Below, in pieces: positions 14,736-27,789 of a stretch of 64,000 bases of DNA (its first letter is position 1; each line of letters opens with the position of its first letter). The notes below the pieces were generated by a model. It did not search any database and was not told the DNA's origin. It saw only the letters and a list, made by a program, of their open reading frames with translations. The position numbers and the translations under genes are program-made. This stretch comes from Eledone cirrhosa (lineage: Eukaryota), in the NCBI GenBank assembly GCA_964016885.1, contig OZ024746.1, forward strand, positions 44,144,001-44,208,000, written 5' to 3'.

Positions 14736-17700
14736 ATATATATATATACATACTCACACACACACAAGTTCATTTTGATAGATCAGAGATTGTAAGACCT
14801 AATATTTCCACCAACATTGATTTGAGTGTGTGATTTTTGTGACTGGTGAGGTGTAATGCAAGGTTGTATAGAAATATTTTTGTACCGGTCATGCCACTCT
14901 CAATTGCTACTGGTAACATCTAACTCAGTACAACTTGTTCCATGGTCGGGTCATAAACAATTAAACTGGCAACTCCACCAAGCTTGAAGAAACAGAAGAG
15001 ACAACCTCATCCAATGCAGATAGAGAGAGCATGTTAGCTTTGGTTGGCAGTATGTATGGGAAAAGGATCACTGATTTCAAAACTGGAGTAGATGAGACTC
15101 CTTAGCCAATGACAACCTTTCAAGTGGCCATGCATTAAGCTGTTTTACTTCACATGGGATGTATACTCCTACTTGAAGATTATAATTCAATACGTATCAG
15201 AAAATATGTGGATGCTATTAAAATTCAAATGCTTAGATAAACAGGAGTCATAAGGAACGAAAAGTAGCTGCAGAAGGAGAAATTCCACAGGATTTATAGG
15301 TTATTCAATATGTTAGTATGCCTTTACAATAAATGAAGTTCGAAAAACCAATAAAAGCAGTATCATAAAAAGAAACATTATTAATAGAATAAATGAAATT
15401 CTTGATCTCTCATTAAATTAGTGAAGTTTAGACTGAAGACTAAAGATACTATATATAGGAATAAATGTAGCAATTAATGAAGTTTATACCAAAAACTATA
15501 GATGCTATATATAGTAATAAACGTAGTAATTAAGATCTATTGTAATTTATTCTTCTTTGACTGACATCCTTCGGCAAACAAATGAATATATATTTAATCC
15601 ATAGACGATAAGGACGTGAATAGCAATTTAAAAATGAGAAAGAAACAAGTTTCTACAAAAGCTTATATTTTGAGATAACTATATTACCAATGCAGGTATC
15701 ATTGACATAGTCAATCAAATTTAGTAGGAAATCTAAATAGCCAATCAGATATATTTTCATATTCACGGAATATAATGTATTTAGTAAAAGTACGCAAAAC
15801 GTCTTGAAATAATGTAAGGCATATGTATTATTGTATTATCTTTTTCTAGAAGAGGAATTCAATTCTAATTTACATATGTTTATGAGAGTAATTGATAATT
15901 CATGTAAAAGTTTTGCTCAGTATCATTTTGAATATATAAAAAAATAACAATCAACATTTTTGAAAGGAAAAATATAATTAAATCAGCTATATTCAAAATA
16001 GTTATATCTCATGGTATGGCAAAATATTTGCCTTGAAAAACGTTCTATTTTTTTAATCAACATTATTATAACCAGAAAACAATTGCATATAATTGTTGTT
16101 TATGAAAATTCATGATTTTGATATCAAGTAGTTTTAGGATAATAAACTTGTATATATCCTTTTATGTGCATAATAAGCATTGATTCTCCTATGATGTTGA
16201 ATAAATGGAATGAAAAGGATAACATATATAGACATCATGATAACTTTTGAAAATAAAATTGAATATAATAGTGATGGATTTTCACAACGACAATAATAGT
16301 ATATATCATTTTAAAAAGATTTCTTGAATTTAAAGTTGACAAAATAGATATAAACCTGTGTGAAAATTTAACACACATGAACCAATCCTTGAAAATATGA
16401 AATAAATTATAAATTTGTTTATCTAGATGAAAAAATATTGTGTTAGCAAAGTTTTACAATAGAAAAAAATAATAGCTGAAAATAATGTAATTGAAATGGA
16501 ATATTTTCCTAGTTTAGTTCAGAGTAACAAGAAAAATATAATTCTGAAATATATAAAATTGCATCTAAAAAAAAATTAATTTAAAACTTAAAATCTTTAT
16601 ATAAATTTACTCTTACAAGGAAAATTTGCAAAATATGAAGTAAAATAATAAAATCAAAATTAGGTAACTAAGTTATATAGGAAATATTTAATAATATAAA
16701 ATGTCAAAGATGTTTTATCAGCATGATTTTATATTATTGTTTCTATTTAAGGATCTTTGATGTTAAAAAATATCTTTAAGTATTTGATATTATACTATCA
16801 AAGAAAATTGAAACGGAAACATCTTTTAAAATCTATATAGAGTAGGAAAATATATTTCATATTCAGAGGTGAGGAGTAGAGCTGGGAATTTTAATATTTA
16901 ATAGTGAAACTTAACGAAAGATAAACCTGTAAAACTAAAATATGAACTGATAGATTTTGTGCAAAAATATTTCCAAATTTCCCTAAATTTGTCTATAAAG
17001 GCAAGGGCAATAAATTCAAGGAAGAATAAGTATTTTCATCTGCAGAAATGTGAATATGTTTGAAGATGAAAAAAGGATAGTTATTTTTAAAATGAACTAA
17101 TTGATTTAATAGAGCATATGTTGGGATATTAAGCTAAGTTAGAAAGACGTATGTGAAGCATTTATCAATGTGGATTTATAAAATGTACATAGGAAAAAAC
17201 AGAAATACAAGTCAAGACATATTTATTTAGGATAAATAGATGAATAGAGCTGATAGTTTTGTAGTAATTGCATGAATTGGATTTAAATGCTAGAATATTT
17301 TGATCAGAGAAATTGCTTTCATAAAATATGATATATCAGCTAAAGACATGACAACCTCTCCTGTGCACTCAATAGAATGTATGACCCAACTTTAAGGGAG
17401 ATGCACTCCCCAGTCTTTCTGGGAGGACAGTAGCCCCACTTCATTACTGACTTGGTCTATGTAGACCCATCCAACCCTTGCTAGCAGGGAAACCAGAAGT
17501 TAAATGCGAATAACGATAATATATCCCAGTATTGTTTATTGGTATTAATATTGATTTTTGAAGGAAAAGTTAACAAATGAAAAATGTTATGATGAAGGGT
17601 GTTGGATAATGTGAATAAGTTTGTTTTTTGTTTGTTTATTTTTTATTTTTCCTATGTGTTTAGTAAAGGTAAATATTTTGACCATCACCAGAATATGAAA

Positions 17701-19204
17701 AATTTTATAAACAAAAGAGAAAAATGTATGCTATCTAAACTCGCTTATGCACACAAATCTGAAAACACATGCTTAAATCTTAACTACAATGAAACTGCTT
17801 TAGTATAATGCATTTTTAAAGCAACTAGAGAGGTTGTCTTATTGGACTTGAGAGACCTCTCAACCCTATATCAGATTTTATTCAGTGTCTATTCTCCTAG
17901 ATGGGTTGCTTTCACTACAGCTTAAGGAGTCCACATCTGCCCCGTGCAGTTTTTTTTTTAATGGATGGTGATAAACTAAACCATAGTAGATTATACACAG
18001 CTTTTAAGAATTCCTTTAAAATTGATATGGAGGATATTAATGAGTTTGACACTGCTAATAAAACTACATTTACCAACATAGATTTAATTACAAGGATATG
18101 CAATGGTGAGAAATCATTACATAGTGAACATTTACTAAAGAAGGTTCATTATACAGAGATGTTCCAGAATATATCCGAGAAAGTTATAATAAAACATTCT
18201 CTTTAGAACATGGCATATTTTCTATGGCCGGATGCCCTTTCTATCATCAACCACTTTACAGTGTGTACTGAGTGCATTTATTGTGTAGATGATCTACACT
18301 AAGAAGGTTGTCACGTTTACGATACAGAATATATTCATGAAGGTTGAACATTACAGGTTTTATAGATCTTTCTTGTCATATTTGTGGATAATTTCCTCAT
18401 GTAGAACATTTATTTCATTGATACTGTTTAACACCACAGTTGGAGTTTTTAGAATAGTTGTTTAAACACTTGGAGTTTGCAGCTAGATATTCATCTTGGT
18501 TGCTGAGAAAATTCCTGCGATGTTGTGCAATAGGGTTGATGAGTGTTGAGAGATTTTGATATTTATAGAGGTATTGTTGTGAGGTTGTTTGATTGCTCAA
18601 ACTTGACTGATACGCTATAATGTTAGAGTGGTATTTTCAAGATGTTGTTCTCAAATGATAGAGGATAAGAGAACAATTATGAAACTATTCCTGGTATTTT
18701 CATCCTATTTTCAGTAGCAGTTACTTCCTTAAAATTACCTTTTCAAAATTCTTCTAAGAGAAAATATTCATCCAATAACTAGACTTGACTTGTGGTTGTG
18801 TGCATGTTGAAGAAATCTCGTAAAAATGTCATGGTTTTTGATGGGTGTTTTCAAATTTCTGCATAATTTATAGATTTAAAAAATTTAACTTAGTAAAAAA
18901 AAAAAATGGTCACAAATAAATCTTTCAGTTTATTAATTTAAAAAGAATAGATGAAGATTTACAATGTAAAAGCATATACCTTTCATTTTCATTCACTCTC
19001 ATTGTATTTTCTGCTATTTCATAGACCTATAGTGAAACATCCTCAAAGGAATATTCTACATTGGCCACTAAATGAAATGATACTAACTGTAACGAAAGTG
19101 GACTGTTAAGGCTTGCTGAAAGGATGTAAAATAGCCGCTATTGAATCTCTTTATTTTAAGTATCCTCAGTATACTATACTGTTCTTCATTATTTCAGATT
19201 ATCT

Positions 19205-19394
19205 GGCGGTGGATTGGCAGTATCGGTAGAGGGTCGGACGCCATGCTTTCCAGCATAGTTACGTCCCTTTATGATCCGAGTTCAAATCCCACCAAGGTTA
19301 ACTTTGCCTTTCATCCTTACGGGGTCGATAAAATAAAGTACCAGTAATGCACTGGGACAATTGCTGGCCTTGTGCCTAAAGTAGAAACAATTAT
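19205..19394 (+). mobile_element. tRNA-derived SINE with 18-bp TSD
   Basis: ATTATTTCAGATTATCTG at 19188-19205 and 19390-19407. Confidence 0.93.
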
Positions 19395-21471
19395 TTCAGA
19401 TTATCTGATGACATTGGCAATAAATGATATTTTACTTCAGATACATCATCAATATTTAGTATTATTACATTTATAAATGTTGTTGTTGGTTAACTATAGG
19501 TTAGCCCAAATTAAATCAAATGACATTGATGAATTTGTAACATCATTGAAATAGATTTGGGCTAGACACGTCAACTGCTGGATGAGAACTCTAACAGATT
19601 GGATTCTTAGAGACCACAGAAAAAAAAGGAAGACCTCCAAAGATCAAGAATTGGATAGATTTGACAAAAATAAATGTAGACTGAAAATACAAAACTGAAA
19701 TTTATAGTGCGAAAGCAATAATTGATTTGACTGATTGTATTCTATAGGAAGAAGGTGGAAAATTGGCAGAGACGTTAAGACGTCGGATAGAATATTTTAC
19801 GGTATTCGTCCCCCCTCCTTGTGAGCTCTAGTTCAAAACCTGTAGAGGTCAACTTTGCCTTTCATCCTTTTGAGGTCGATAAAAAAAGTACCAATCCAGT
19901 ATTGGGGTCGATTATAGAAAAAAAAAATCGACCTTGTTCAGACCTGGAGGAGTTTGGTCTCTGCCAGCTTTTAAAAATGCCCTACACATGCTGTATGATG
20001 GTGCCTTTACAACTCCACAAGGAGTTATGGGATCTTTTATTCTATAAGATGAAGCTATGTAGCCAGTCCTAGTAAAATAGACTCCCAGGATATTTAGCCA
20101 GTGAGTGTCTGACACCATGAGTTGCGGCACAATTTGAAATCTTTTCCACCATCAATTGTTAAGAAACAAGTTAAAATCATCCTACATGATAATTATCGTT
20201 TGGTGTCAGTCCACTTTGTCTGAAAATATGTGTGTGTTTGCGTGTGAGTATGTGTGCATTTATGTAAATGTATATGTGTGTATTTGTATGAGTTTATCAG
20301 TGTTTGCGCGTTTATATTTACATACTCATACGTACATATAAATGCATACAAAGACAGCACAATATACGTACGTATATAATAATAACAATTTAAAAGAAAA
20401 AAAAACAAATTTATCAAGCAATTATCGTCTGTCGGCTAAAAAACTGCGCTGCATTCATATGCCTGTGGAATACTCAGCCATATATAAGTTAATTTCAGTC
20501 ATTTCGTTTGTTGAACACTACAAAGATTTTTGTTGAGAAAGACGAGACTTCCCAGGGATGAGGTACAAATAAGATGTACCTGCACTTTCTAACACCGGGC
20601 AACAACAAAGAGAATTTGAGACATATGTATATATAAATGTATAAACACACACACGCAAACATACTCACGCACACTTACAAATACACACACACACACACAC
20701 ACATAATTATCGTTTGCCAACACCATAATAATTTTAACGGAATTTTAGGTTTTCATTTTAATTTTACTTCGTTATTTATCATTATCAATGTTTTATTATA
20801 AAGTTGTGAATGTAATTATGTTGAATACATTGATGTTTCATTGTCGTGTTTTATTAATTTATTTATTTTGTTCGAGATATTTTTACTTGCTTAAGGGCCC
20901 AAGTTTCGACTTGGTGTCGTTATGTATACTAGCAGAAGAACCGTCTCGAGCTGTTTTCTGCTAGTATACATAGTGTGTATATATTGATATATGCAATATA
21001 TATGCACATAGATATAATACGTAAATTGACAATATGCACATAAACTGAACAAAGACTGTGTTATACCTACTTCTGTAATCAGTAAAATAATCCATGATAC
21101 ATTTTTTTTAAAACGCGATAAAGGAGATGGAAAAGCGATGAAACTGTTGACGGAAAATGTTCATGAATCTTCACTTGAGAATGTCGATGGGAAGCTTCAA
21201 GCAGTGAATTTGAAAATAGATGCTGCTGGTATGAATTTACGTATCGATCTATCTATCTACCTGCCAACCTACCTATCTATCTACCTCTCTCTCACACACA
21301 CACAAATATAACTATTCTAGAGAGTGTGTCCGTTAGATGTAAAATTGCATTTAAAGAATTACGAAGAATTTGCAAGTTACTTCATCCGGGAAGGATTAAT
21401 AATAGCTTCACTAACCTCTGAAGACGATTTGTGTGCGGTATGTGTGTGTGTATATATATATATTCGCGCAT

Positions 21472-21602
21472 GTCCAGTACGGACCAGACTCGCGCATGCG
21501 GACTTCAGACCAGACTTCGCGCATGAGCATTTCGGACCAGACTTCGCACATGAGCATTTCGGACCAGACTTCGCGCGTGTGCACTTCGGACCAGACTTCG
21601 CC
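21472..21602. repeat. 27-bp CpG-rich minisatellite (~5 units) between two ~120-bp direct repeats
   Basis: Unit TTCGGACCAGACTTCGCGCATGAGCAT. Flanks GTGTGTCCGTTAGATGTA...GAAGACGATTTGTGTG at ~21324 and ~21643. Confidence 0.85.
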
Positions 21603-22939
21603 TATATATATATGTCTATGCATGAATAGATATATTTGTGTGTGTGTGTCCGTTAGATGTATTATTGCATTTCATGAATTACGAAGAATTTGCAAGTTAC
21701 TTCACCCGGGGAGGATTAATAATAGCTTCACTAACTTCAGAAGACGATTTGTGTGTGGTGTCGTATGTATGTGTGTGTGTGTGTATGTCTGCATAAGACA
21801 TAATTTGTACGCTATTACATTTATATATATCTAATCAATGGGCGTACAACAGTGCTTAATCTAAACTATAATAAAGTAAGAAGCGTGGGACTGCGTACGG
21901 TTTATAATTTGTTATCCTATTAGTAAAATAAGTTGGATTACTTTGAATAAATAATGAATGAATATTACATAATTTGTCTACTAAATTTCGTGGCTGTTCA
22001 TTAAATATATTTTATTACTTATTTAAAGATTCACTTGTTTAAAATTTTCAAATGTCAACACTTCCAGTTAGCGATCGCTTAAATAAATATTCATATATTT
22101 CTGTCACTAATTTTCTCCTGATGCAGTTTATATTTAATATCGTCTTTTTTTAATGTATCATGGATTATGTTACTGATTAGAGAAGACAGTCTAACACAGT
22201 CTTCGTTCAATTTCTGTGTATATTGTCAATTACGATTTTATTTTATGTATCTTTAGTGAATTGGTCACAGGGTTATTTACTTTGGTAAACGCCACTGCAG
22301 GCCAACCACAAATTTAATTCGATACAGATATAATAAGGTTAACAAACTCGCTCGTGAGTGAACTGTCCGAGAGCCGGTCGCCAAATAAGCCAAGATGTCT
22401 CTTTTCTCCCTCCTTTATACTCCCTAGACCGGAAGTTCAATGAATCCTCTAGAATTCAACGGGAAGTAACTCCAATTAGTTTTTTCTCCCCGGGCAAGGT
22501 GGCGCTAGTCGCTACAAGGCTCCCCTCCAGACGATAGTTGATAATAACCATAAGGTCATTATAGCGAGGAGCCGTAGAATAAGGAGCAAGCAAAACAAAA
22601 GGTACATTAATTACAATGGTTTGTAACAGAAGCAAAGTACGAAAATAAGCATGCAGAAAGATGTAACTGGAGTTGCTTCCCGTTGAATTCTAGAGGATTC
22701 CTTGAACTTCCGGTCTAGGGATTATAAAGAAGGGAGAAAAGAGACATATTGGCTTATTTGGCGACCGGCTCTTGGACAGTTCACTCACGAGCGAGTTTGT
22801 TAACCTTATTATATTTGTATCGAATTAAATTAGTGGTTGGCCTGCAGTGGCGTTTACCAAAATAAATAACCCTGTGACCAATTCACTAAAGTGGTGACCC
22901 CGACGTGATATTATGCCAGAAGATTCGAGCCGTAATAAG

Positions 22940-23407
22940 CTACACCGTGGCAGCTATGCCAGGATGTGACAAGGAATGAAGTGCATCAAAAACGGTACGC
23001 TGATGATAATCCGGAACAAACGGTCTGGGTGATCCAGTAGAAATATCGCAAAGAATTTTTCCTTCAGCGGATGGAAGAGGTAAATAATCAAACTTACAGC
23101 AGGAAAGTTGGGTAAAAGAAATGTTCATCGAATCCAAAGTAGGTTGGTCAGTTGCAATGGCAACTGAATTGATATGTTCAGGAGACGCAAGAGAACACAC
23201 AGAAAGTCGAGATAGTGCGTCCGCAGGTATGTTGGCATTTCCAGCTATGTGACGAATGTCACTGGTATACTGTGAGATGAGATCCAGATGCCTATACGCT
23301 ATCGGAGAGTACTTGTCGGATTTGGTGTGAAGAGCGAATGTGAGAGGTTTATGGTCTGTGAATACCATGAATTCCCGACCTTCAAGAAGATGGTGGATGT
23401 GTCTCAC
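22940..23407 (-). pseudogene. pol: Gypsy RNase H end / integrase zinc-binding start
   Basis: FTDHKPL, HIAGNANIPADALSR and LHSLSHPG. Truncated before the integrase core. Confidence 0.88.
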
Positions 23408-23421
23408 AGCAAGATAAACTG

Positions 23422-24240
23422 CTAAAAGCTCTCTGTCAAAAGTACTGTAACGTTGCGTGAGAAAAACGCCAGTGGTTGAATCTGGTGATCGATTACATGT
23501 TGCAAAACTGTGCCAACAGCACGATCAGATGCATCAACAGATAAGGAACGTCTCGCATTTGCAACAGGATGGGCAAGGAAGGAAACTTTAGCTAGCTCAG
23601 ACTTGACGGATTCAAAAGACTGCAATGCATTGGCAGAAAGTGAAATTTTAGCATCTTTCTTTTTTGCAGCCCTTAAAAACTGTGTCAAGGGGAACAACTT
23701 GTCCGCACAGTTAGGAATAAAGCGACGATAAAAGTTAATTAATCCCAAGAAATGGCGTAATTGTCTCAAGGATGTTGGTGGTGCTAATTGCTGAATCGCC
23801 TTTACTTTAGATGGCAAAGGACGAATGCCTTCTGAATCTATAAGGTGTCCAAGAAATTCCAGTGAATCTGTACCAAACACACATTTAGCTGGGTTGATTC
23901 TGACTTGGTACGATTGGAGACGTTGAAATAACTGAGATAGATGTTGATGATGGTGATCATCCGAATCACTGGCTATCAGGAGATCATCAACGTAAGCAAA
24001 CACGAAATCCAATCCATGCGTGACTTCATCGATAAAACGCTGGAACGTACTAGAACCATTCCGCAAACCAAAAGGCATGGACAGGAATTCAAATGAACCA
24101 AAGGGGGTGGTCACAGCTGTTTTTGGTATATCCTCTGGATTCATGGGTATCTGGTGGTATGCACGTATTAGATCTATTTTGGAAAATATCTTACATCCAT
24201 GCAGAATGGATGAAAAATCCTGTAAATTTTGTAGGGTAAC
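23422..24240 (-). pseudogene. pol: Gypsy reverse transcriptase / RNase H fragment
   Basis: FSKIDLIRAYHQI, MPFGLRNG, AYVDDLLI, FLGH and VDASDRAVG motifs. The N-terminus is missing. Confidence 0.92.
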
Positions 24241-25321
24241 GGTCCGGCGTGGTGATGGCATTAAGTCGTCGATAATCTCCCACAGGCCTAAAATCCGCTT
24301 CACAATTAATTTTAGTGTGTTGCTAGATCCAGGGTTATTTACTCGAGTAAATGTCACCGAAATCTAACTACTAAATTTTATCAAGAAAAATTCTTTGCAA
24401 TATTTCTACTGGATCACCCAGACCGTTTTTTACGGATTATCATCAGCGTACCGTTTTTGATGCACTTAATTCCTTGTCACATCCTGGCATAGCTGCCACG
24501 GTGAAGCTTATTACAGTTTGATTCTTCTGGCCTAATATCACGTTGGGGTCACCACTTTAGTGAATTGGTCACAGGGTTATTTACTTTGGTAAACGCCACT
24601 GCAGGCCAACCACTAATTTAATTCGATACAGATATAATAAGGTTAACTAACTCGCTCGTGAGTGAACTGTCCGAGAGCCGGTCGCCAAATAAGCCAAGAT
24701 GTCTCTTTTCTCCCTCCTTTATAATCCCTAGACCGGAAGTTCAAGGAATCCTCTAGAATTCAACGGGAACTCCAATTAGTTTTTTCTCCCCGGGCAAGGT
24801 GGCGCTTGTCGCTACATATCATATCTACTTGCGTATAATATCAATATACTCACTACAAAAGCTAGCAGAAAACCACCCGAAGCGTGGTTTTTCTGCTAGT
24901 TATATTAAATGAGTTTAAATAAATAAACAGTTAATAAATAAATAAAACGTTATACTTGTTTTACCCTCCCATTTCCAATTAAACCGAATGCTATCATAAC
25001 TGTATGTGTGTGTTTGTGTAAATGTATGTGTGTGAATTATGTCCGTGAGTGTGTATTTTTATAAGTTTGTGTTTGCGCGATTATAGTTATATACTCATAC
25101 ATATAGATGTATGTATGTGCACACTCATACGCGTCAGTGTGTAGCAAATCGTAATCTCTCTATCTCTCTCATCACACACTCTCTCTATATGTATGGTAGT
25201 TGAAGTGGTGGCGACGATATACAGGAAGTTCAACTTTGAAAAGAAGTCAATTTTAGATTATTTATTTTTACAAAATTTAGCACTTAAATTATGTAATATT
25301 CATTCATTATTTATTCAAAGT

Positions 25322-25513
25322 GGATGGTGGATTGGCAGTATCGGTAGAATGTCGGACGCCATGCTTTGACGCATAGACTTACGTCCCTTGCCATTCTGAG
25401 TTCAAATCCCGCCGAGGTTAACTTTGCCTTTCATCCTCACGGGGTCGATGAAATAAAGTACCAGTAATGCACTGGTTAATTGCTGGCCTTGTGCCATAAG
25501 TAGAAACAATTAT
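25322..25513 (+). mobile_element. tRNA-derived SINE with 16-bp TSD
   Basis: ATTATTTATTCAAAGT on both sides. Inserted in an inverted copy of the Helitron-like body. Confidence 0.92.
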
Positions 25514-26344
25514 TTATTCAAAGTAATCCAACTTATTTTACTAACTGGATTAAAAGCAATAAACCGTGCGCAGAGTCGCAGCCCTTGCTTTATTATAGTT
25601 TAGATTGTTACCGAAAAGTCCTGTCACAGTCATCATACACTGTTTATAATAGAGACATTTGCTTCAAACTAGTCAATTTTTCATCTAAATAAATTCCATG
25701 AATATGTGCAGCTCACTTTTACATAACAACATTAACATTTTGTTAACTTACAAAACTGAGATTAAATTCATGTACTGTGTAAGATAGGCAATGTAAGATA
25801 TTAAACGTCTCCATTTCAAATAATTTAATAAAGCAAATATTTTACCAAACCATTTCAAAGTTTGCAATAGTGTATTAAAATTTAATTCAATCGTACACAG
25901 ATTTCAATAAAAGCATTTTAAGAGAAATTTTTCAGGCATTTTTGTAAAATGTTTATTTCGTTTTTCAATTTTACTGCTTTCACTCTAGGCTATTAGACAT
26001 GAATAAATTTGATATATATCATATTGTAGCAATACTTTTTGAGTAACTAACTACCCACGTTCAGCTACAAATATTATGGTAACTATGATATTGTAATTGT
26101 TCACCACAAATCCTGCTTTCAAAGCTAAGGTGAAGATGAGAAAAAAATATTTGATTCAAGTTATATTCAGGAGTGCAGTGCTACCTTTTTAAGTAGCAGA
26201 GCTAACAAAATGCTTGCCAGTTCTTATATTCTCTATCTGTATGTGTGTGTGATATGTAGATTCCTGAGTTGTGTCAGGGCCGGGGTAACCACAGTTAGAA
26301 ATAGGTGCTCAGTACATTGGTAGAGTATAGGCATCTTTATTATA

Positions 26345-27643
26345 CAGGGTGGGGCATAATTCCTGTTACAAAGTTTTAAATCAATTTAAAAATACATTAT
26401 GTTGCTAATATAACTAATATATTTGTATCAAATCCATGCACTATAACCATATTAACTATTTTTCAGAACATTACTCCATTAACAATTTGCAATGGCCATA
26501 GAATTGAAAAGAAAGTTCATAATAGAGAAGCATGAAAAAGGCCTGACTCCACCCGAGATATTTAAACTGGGGGAAATTCTTAAGATCAATAGAATGTTGA
26601 TCAAAAGGACAATCGATCGATTTAAGGAAACTTCCTCGATCAAAGACCTCGACCCAGACGCCCTCGCACCCCAAGAACACCAAAACTCGTTAAAGTGTGA
26701 GGGAAAGAATAAGGCGTAATCCAAGAAGGTCCATGAGAAAAATGGCAGAAGAAGCAGAAACATCGCCGAGAACTATGCGGAGGATATGTTGAGATGATCT
26801 GGGGATGTCACCCTATAAGTTCCAAAAGAGGCAGCTTCTTTCTGCAGCCACAATTGAAAAGAGGCTCTCCAGAAGTAAACTGTTATTGAACTGTATCAAG
26901 GATGGCACGCTGCAAAACATCATCTTTACAGATGAGAAGTTATTCACTGTGCAGCAGTCTCACAATCATCAAAATGATCGAGTACTTGCAAAAAGTCTCA
27001 AATCAATTCCTTCAAGTGTAGGAAAAGTGTTCAGAACACAGAAACCAGCATCAATGATGATTTGGGCAGCCATTTCTGAAAGAGGTAAGTCTCCTCTGAT
27101 TTTTGTGCCTCAAGGAGTTAAAATTAACAAAGAACTTTGCATAAAGGATATTTTGGAAGGAGCACTGATGCCATGGTGCATATCTGTTTATGGCGATGAC
27201 ATTTGGACTCTCCAACAAGATGGAGCGACGAGCCACACTGCTTGCATAACACAACAGTGGTGTAGAGACCATTGTCCTGCATGGATCAGTAAAGAAGAGT
27301 GGCCTCCCACATCACCAGATCTCAACTCTCTCGATTTTTATTTATGGTCAATTCTTGAGAGTGAAGCCTGCTCTACTCCTAGCCAAAATATTGAAACTCT
27401 AAAATCAAAACTGAATAAAGTATGGGAGAAAATACCCATGGAAACTGTTCATGCAATCATCGAAGACTTTCCTAGAAGACTTCCAGCGGTGGTGAGAGTT
27501 AGAGGAAAGCATTTCGAATAAATTTTTGTGCAGTTGTTTAATAGTATATTACTTACAATTTGTTGAAGTCAGATCTTGAAATAAATGTTTTTTTCAAGAA
27601 CTATTTGCATTTTATTTTGTAACAGTTTTTATGCCCCACCCTG
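26345..27643 (+). mobile_element. Tc1/mariner DNA transposon, DD37D (maT) family, full length but inactivated
   Basis: ~28-bp TIRs CAGGGTGGGGCATAA...TGTTACAAA, TA target duplication, ~1.3 kb. Confidence 0.93.
26492..27521 (+). pseudogene. DD37D transposase
   Basis: FTDEKLF, QQDGATSH and WPPTSPDLNSLD, with 37 residues between the 2nd and 3rd Asp. Frameshift near 26645 and an in-frame TGA near 26790. Confidence 0.9.
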
Positions 27644-27789
27644 TATATAGAAGTGACTTCTACAGGATTAAAACCGTTTCATTCATATGAAATCATCAAG
27701 AATGCTCTGATTTTATACATATAAAACAGTTCTAATCCTGTATAAGTCACTTCTATATATAACAAAGATGTGTATGCATACACACACAT

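Larger units (their letters stand above)
22252..24816 (-). mobile_element. rearranged Ty3/Gypsy LTR retrotransposon
   Basis: LTRs at 24556-24816 and 22252-22516. 4-bp TSD TATC at 22248-22251 and 24817-24820. tRNA-Trp-type PBS at ~24537-24554. PPT GGAGGGGAG just before the 3' LTR. An extra inverted LTR+PBS lies at 22665-22909. Confidence 0.92.
21830..24899 (+). mobile_element. non-autonomous Helitron-like element interrupted by the Gypsy insertion
   Basis: Ends in hairpin CTAGCAGAAAACCAC...GTGGTTTTTCTGCTAG followed by T. The body is homologous to 31095-31978 and, inverted, to 25270-25606. Confidence 0.6.

Noticed and set aside
19205-19295. tRNA-like sequence with A and B boxes
   Set aside because: It is the head of a multi-copy SINE with TSDs, not a tRNA gene.
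21472-21602. Regularly spaced repeats resembling a CRISPR array
   Set aside because: The spacers are near-identical and short, there are no cas genes, and the context is eukaryotic. It is a minisatellite.
22892-22909. 18-nt match to the tRNA-Trp 3' end
   Set aside because: It is the Gypsy primer-binding site.
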